Positions 60,022 through 64,000 of a stretch of 64,000 nucleotides of DNA are shown here, one piece after another. The DNA comes from Tubiluchus corallicola. Taxonomy: Eukaryota; Animalia; Priapulida. The stretch lies in NCBI GenBank assembly GCA_030141605.1, contig JAQGDQ010000014.1, positions 186,001-250,000 of the forward strand, in the 5' to 3' direction. Each line of letters opens with the position of its first letter. The stretch's first letter is position 1. The position numbers and the translations under genes are program-made. The notes below the pieces were generated by a model. The model ran no database searches. It worked only from the letters and a program-made list of their open reading frames with translations, and had not been told where the DNA came from.

Positions 60022-63000
60022 AATGTGTATGGGAGGAAGAAGGGCATGCATATGCATCCAAACCCACAGGCGGGCTTGGATTGCACATGCTAGGAGGGTG
60101 CAAGACCTCATGTGGGCTTTCTAGCTCACATGGTGGCATGTAAATGTGTATAGTGGAAGGAGAGCATGCACATAAGCCCCACATGTGGGGAGAAGGCTGT
60201 GCATCCAAACCCACATGTGGGCTTGGATTGCACATGGTAGGAGGGTGCAAGAACTCATGTGAGCTAATTGTCTTACACGAGGCCTTTGCACGTAAGCCCT
60301 ACATGTTTGGAGGTAGTAGGCATCCAAGCTCCTATGTGGAATGGATTGTGTGTGGTAGGGGTTGCAGGACCCAATGTGGGTTAACTACTCACACCTGGGC
60401 TTTGTAGTTAAGCCCCACATTTTGGGAGGAGGATGTGCATCCAAGCACACACGTGGGTTTGGATTGCACATGGTAGGAGGGCGCAAGAATCCATGTGGGC
60501 TTTCTAGCTCACATGGGAGCCTGCAATTGTGTATGGGAGGACGAAGGGCATGCATATGCATCCAAACCCACATGTGGGCTTGGATTGCACATGCTAGGAG
60601 GGTGCAAGACCTCATGTGGGCTTTCTAGCTCACATGGGGGCATGTAAATGTGTATGGGAGGAAGAAGGGCGGGCATGCATGTGCATCCAAACCCACATGT
60701 GGGCTTGGATTGCACATGCTAGGAGGGTGCAAGACCTCATGTGGGCTTTCTAGCTCACACTGGGGCCTGCAAATGTGTATGGGAGGAAGAAGGGCATGCA
60801 TGTGCATCCAAACTTACATGTGGGCTTGGATTGCACATGCTAGGAGGGTGCAAGACCTCATGTGCGCTTTCTAGCTCACATGGGGGCATGTAAATGTGTA
60901 TGGTGGAAGAAGAGCATGCACATAAGCCCCACATCTGGGGAGAAGGCTGTGCATCCAAACCCACACGTGGGCTTGGATTGCACATGGTAGGAGGGTGCAA
61001 AAACTCATGTGAGCTAATTGTCTCACATGTGGCCTTTGCATGTAAGCCCTACATGTGGGGAGGTAGTAGGCATCCAAGCTCCTATGTGGATTGGATTGTG
61101 TTTGGTAGGGGTTGCAAGACCCAATGTGGGTTAACTACTCACACCTGGGCTTTGTAGTTAAGCCCCACATTTTGGGAGGAGGATGTGCATCCAAGCACAC
61201 AAGTGGGTTTGGATTGCACATGGTAGGAGGGCGCAAGAATCCATGTGGGCTTTCTAGCTCACATGGGAGCCTGCACTTGTGTATGGGAGGACGAAGGGCA
61301 TGCATATGCATCCAAACCCACATGTGGGCTTGGATTGCACATGTTAGGAGGGTGCAAGACCTCATGTGGGCTTTCTAGCTCACATGGGGGCATGTAAATG
61401 TGTATGGGAGGAAAAAGGGCGGGCATGCATGTGCATCCAAACCCACATGTGGGCTTGGATTGCACATGCTAGGAGGGTGCAAGACCTCATGTGGGCTTTC
61501 TAGCTCACATGGGGGCATGTAAATGTGTATGGTGGAAGGAGAGCATGCAAATAAGCCCAACCTGTGGGGAGAAGGCTGTGCATCCAAACCCACACGTGTG
61601 CTTGGATTGCACATGGTAGGAGGGTGCAAGACCTCATGTGAGCTAATTGTCTCACATGTGGACTTTGCACATAAGCCCCACATTTGGGAAGGAGGGTGTG
61701 CATCCAAATGCACATGGTAGGAGGGTGCAAGACCCAATGTGAGTTAACTACTCACACCTGGGCTTTGTACATAAGCCCCACATTTTGGGAGGAGGGTGTG
61801 CATCCCAGTGCACATGGGCTTGGATTGCACATGGTAGGAGGGTGCAAGACCTCATGTGGGCTTTCTAGCTCACATGGTGGCATGTAAATGTGTATAGTGG
61901 AAGGAGAGCATGCACATAAGCCCCACATGTGGGGAGAAGGCTGTGCATCCAAACCCACATGTGGGCTTGGATTGCACATGGTAGGAGGATGTAGTAGTAG
62001 GCATCTAGGCTCCTATGTGGGCTTGGATTGTGTGTGGTAGGGGGTGCAAGACCCAATGAGTCTTGCTTTGTGGTTAAGCCCCACATTTGTAGTTAATGAC
62101 TGCTTTGTAGTTAAGCCCCACATTTTGGGAGGAGGGTGTGCATCCAAGCACACAAGTGGGTTTGGATTGCACATGGTAGGAGGGCACAAGAATCCATATG
62201 GGCTTTCTAGCTCACATGGTGGCATGTAAATGTGTACAGTGGAAGGAGAACATGCACATAAGCCCCACATGTGGGGAGAAGGATGTGCATCCAAACCCAC
62301 ATGTGGGCTTGGATTGCACATGGTAGGAGGGCGCAAGACCCCATGTGGGCTTACATGGGGCATGTAAATGTGTATGGGAGGAAAAAGGGCATGCATGTGC
62401 ATCCAAACCCACATGTGGGCTTGGATTGCACATGCTAGGAGGGTGCAAGACCTCATGTGGGCTTTCTAGCTCACATGGGGGCATGTAAATGTGTATGGTG
62501 GAAGGAGAGCATGCAAATAAGCCCAACCTTTGGGGAGAAGGCTGTGCATCCAAACCCACACGTGTGCTTGGATTGCACATGGTAGGAGGGTGCAAGACCT
62601 CATGTGAGCTAATTGTCTCACATGTGGACTTTGCACATAAGCCCCACATTTGGGAAGGAGGGTGTGCATCCAAATGCACATGGTAGGAGGGTGCAAGACC
62701 CAATGTGAGTTAACTACTCACACCTGGGCTTTGTACATAAGCCCCACATTTTGGGAGGAGGGTGTGCATCCCAGTGCACATGGGCTTGGATTGCACATGG
62801 TAGGAGGGTGCAAGACCTCATGTGGGCTTTCTAGCTCACATGGTGGCATGTAAATGTGTATAGTGGAAGGAGAGCATGCACATAAGCCCCACATGTGGGG
62901 AGAAGGCTGTGCATCCAAACCCACATGTGGGCTTGGATTGCACATGGTAGGAGGATGTAGTAGTAGGCATCTAGGCTCCTATGTGGGCTTGGATTGTGTG

Positions 63001-64000
63001 TGGTAGGGGGTGCAAGACCCAATGAGTCTTGCTTTGTGGTTAAGCCCCACATTTGTAGTTAATGACTGCTTTGTAGTTAAGCCCCACATTTTGGGAGGAG
63101 GGTGTGCATCCAAGCACACAAGTGGGTTTGGATTGCACATGGTAGGAGGGCACAAGAATCCATATGGGCTTTCTAGCTCACATGGTGGCATGTAAATGTG
63201 TACAGTGGAAGGAGAACATGCACATAAGCCCCACATGTGGGGAGAAGGATGTGCATCCAAACCCACATGTGGGCTTGGATTGCACATGGTAGGAGGGCGC
63301 AAGACCCCATGTGGGCTTACTAGCTCACATGGGGGCATGTAAATGTGTATGGGAGGAAAAAGGGCGGGCATGCATGTGCATCCAAACCCACATGTGGGCT
63401 TGGATTGCACATGCTAGGAGGGTGCAAGACCTCATGTGGGCTTTCTAGCTCACATGGGGGCATGTAAATGTGTATGGTGGAAGGAGAGCATGCAAATAAG
63501 CCCAACCTTTGGGGAGAAGGCTGTGCATCCAAACCCACACGTGTGCTTGGATTGCACATGGTAGGAGGGTGCAAGACCTCATGTGAGCTAATTGTCTCAC
63601 ATGTGGACTTTGCACATAAGCCCCACATTTGGGAAGGAGGGTGTGCATCCAAATGCACATGGTAGGAGGGTGCAAGACCCAATGTGAGTTAACTACTCAC
63701 ACCTGGGCTTTGTACATAAGCCCCACATTTTGGGAGGAGGGTGTGCATCCCAGTGCACATGGGCTTGGATTGCACATGGTAGGAGGGTGCAAGACCTCAT
63801 GTGGGCTTTCTAGCTCACATGGTGGCATGTAAATGTGTATAGTGGAAGGAGAGCATGCACATAAGCCCCACATGTGGGGAGAAGGCTGTGCATCCAAACC
63901 CACATGTGGGCTTGGATTGCACATGGTAGGAGGATGTAGTAGTAGGCATCTAGGCTCCTATGTGGGCTTGGATTGTGTGTGGTAGGGGGTGCAAGACCCA
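60022..64000. repeat. Complex palindrome-rich satellite with higher-order repeats (runs off the window)
   Basis: ~100-125-bp related monomers; near-identical ORF-track hits recur at offsets of 750 (60144/60894), 966 (61523/62489) and 979 (62489/63468). Confidence 0.95.

Noticed and set aside
59877-64000. Many Cys/His/Pro/Met-rich ORFs on both strands
   Set aside because: They are translations of the satellite in all frames, with no consistent reading frame
60022-64000. CRISPR-like palindromic repeat array
   Set aside because: Intervening sequences are themselves repeated, there are no cas genes, and the context is eukaryotic

Overview
AT-rich, intron- and repeat-rich animal (invertebrate-like; taxon not determinable from sequence alone) genomic window with three protein-coding genes, all on the minus strand. 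(1) A very large secreted/surface EGF-repeat protein, about 20 coding exons from ATG 28110 running off the window start. It has a signal peptide, an LDLa module, an S/T-rich region and more than 60 EGF repeats, about 50 of them in one 5853-nt exon. (2) A three-exon Norrin (NDP) homolog, 44414 to 35099, with the same coding intron position as vertebrate NDP. (3) An STPG2 ortholog with an intronless CDS, 47678 to 46011. Introns and intergenic DNA hold an internally deleted THAP/P-element with intact TIRs and a perfect 8-bp TSD (9132-11489). They also hold several MITEs, decayed LINE and Penelope fragments, tRNA-derived SINE heads, a degenerate minimal hammerhead motif and many microsatellites. 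From about 60020 to the window end lies a palindrome-rich higher-order satellite. Exon boundaries were assigned by hand from GT/AG sites and reading-phase continuity; family comparisons are from memory, not from database searches.
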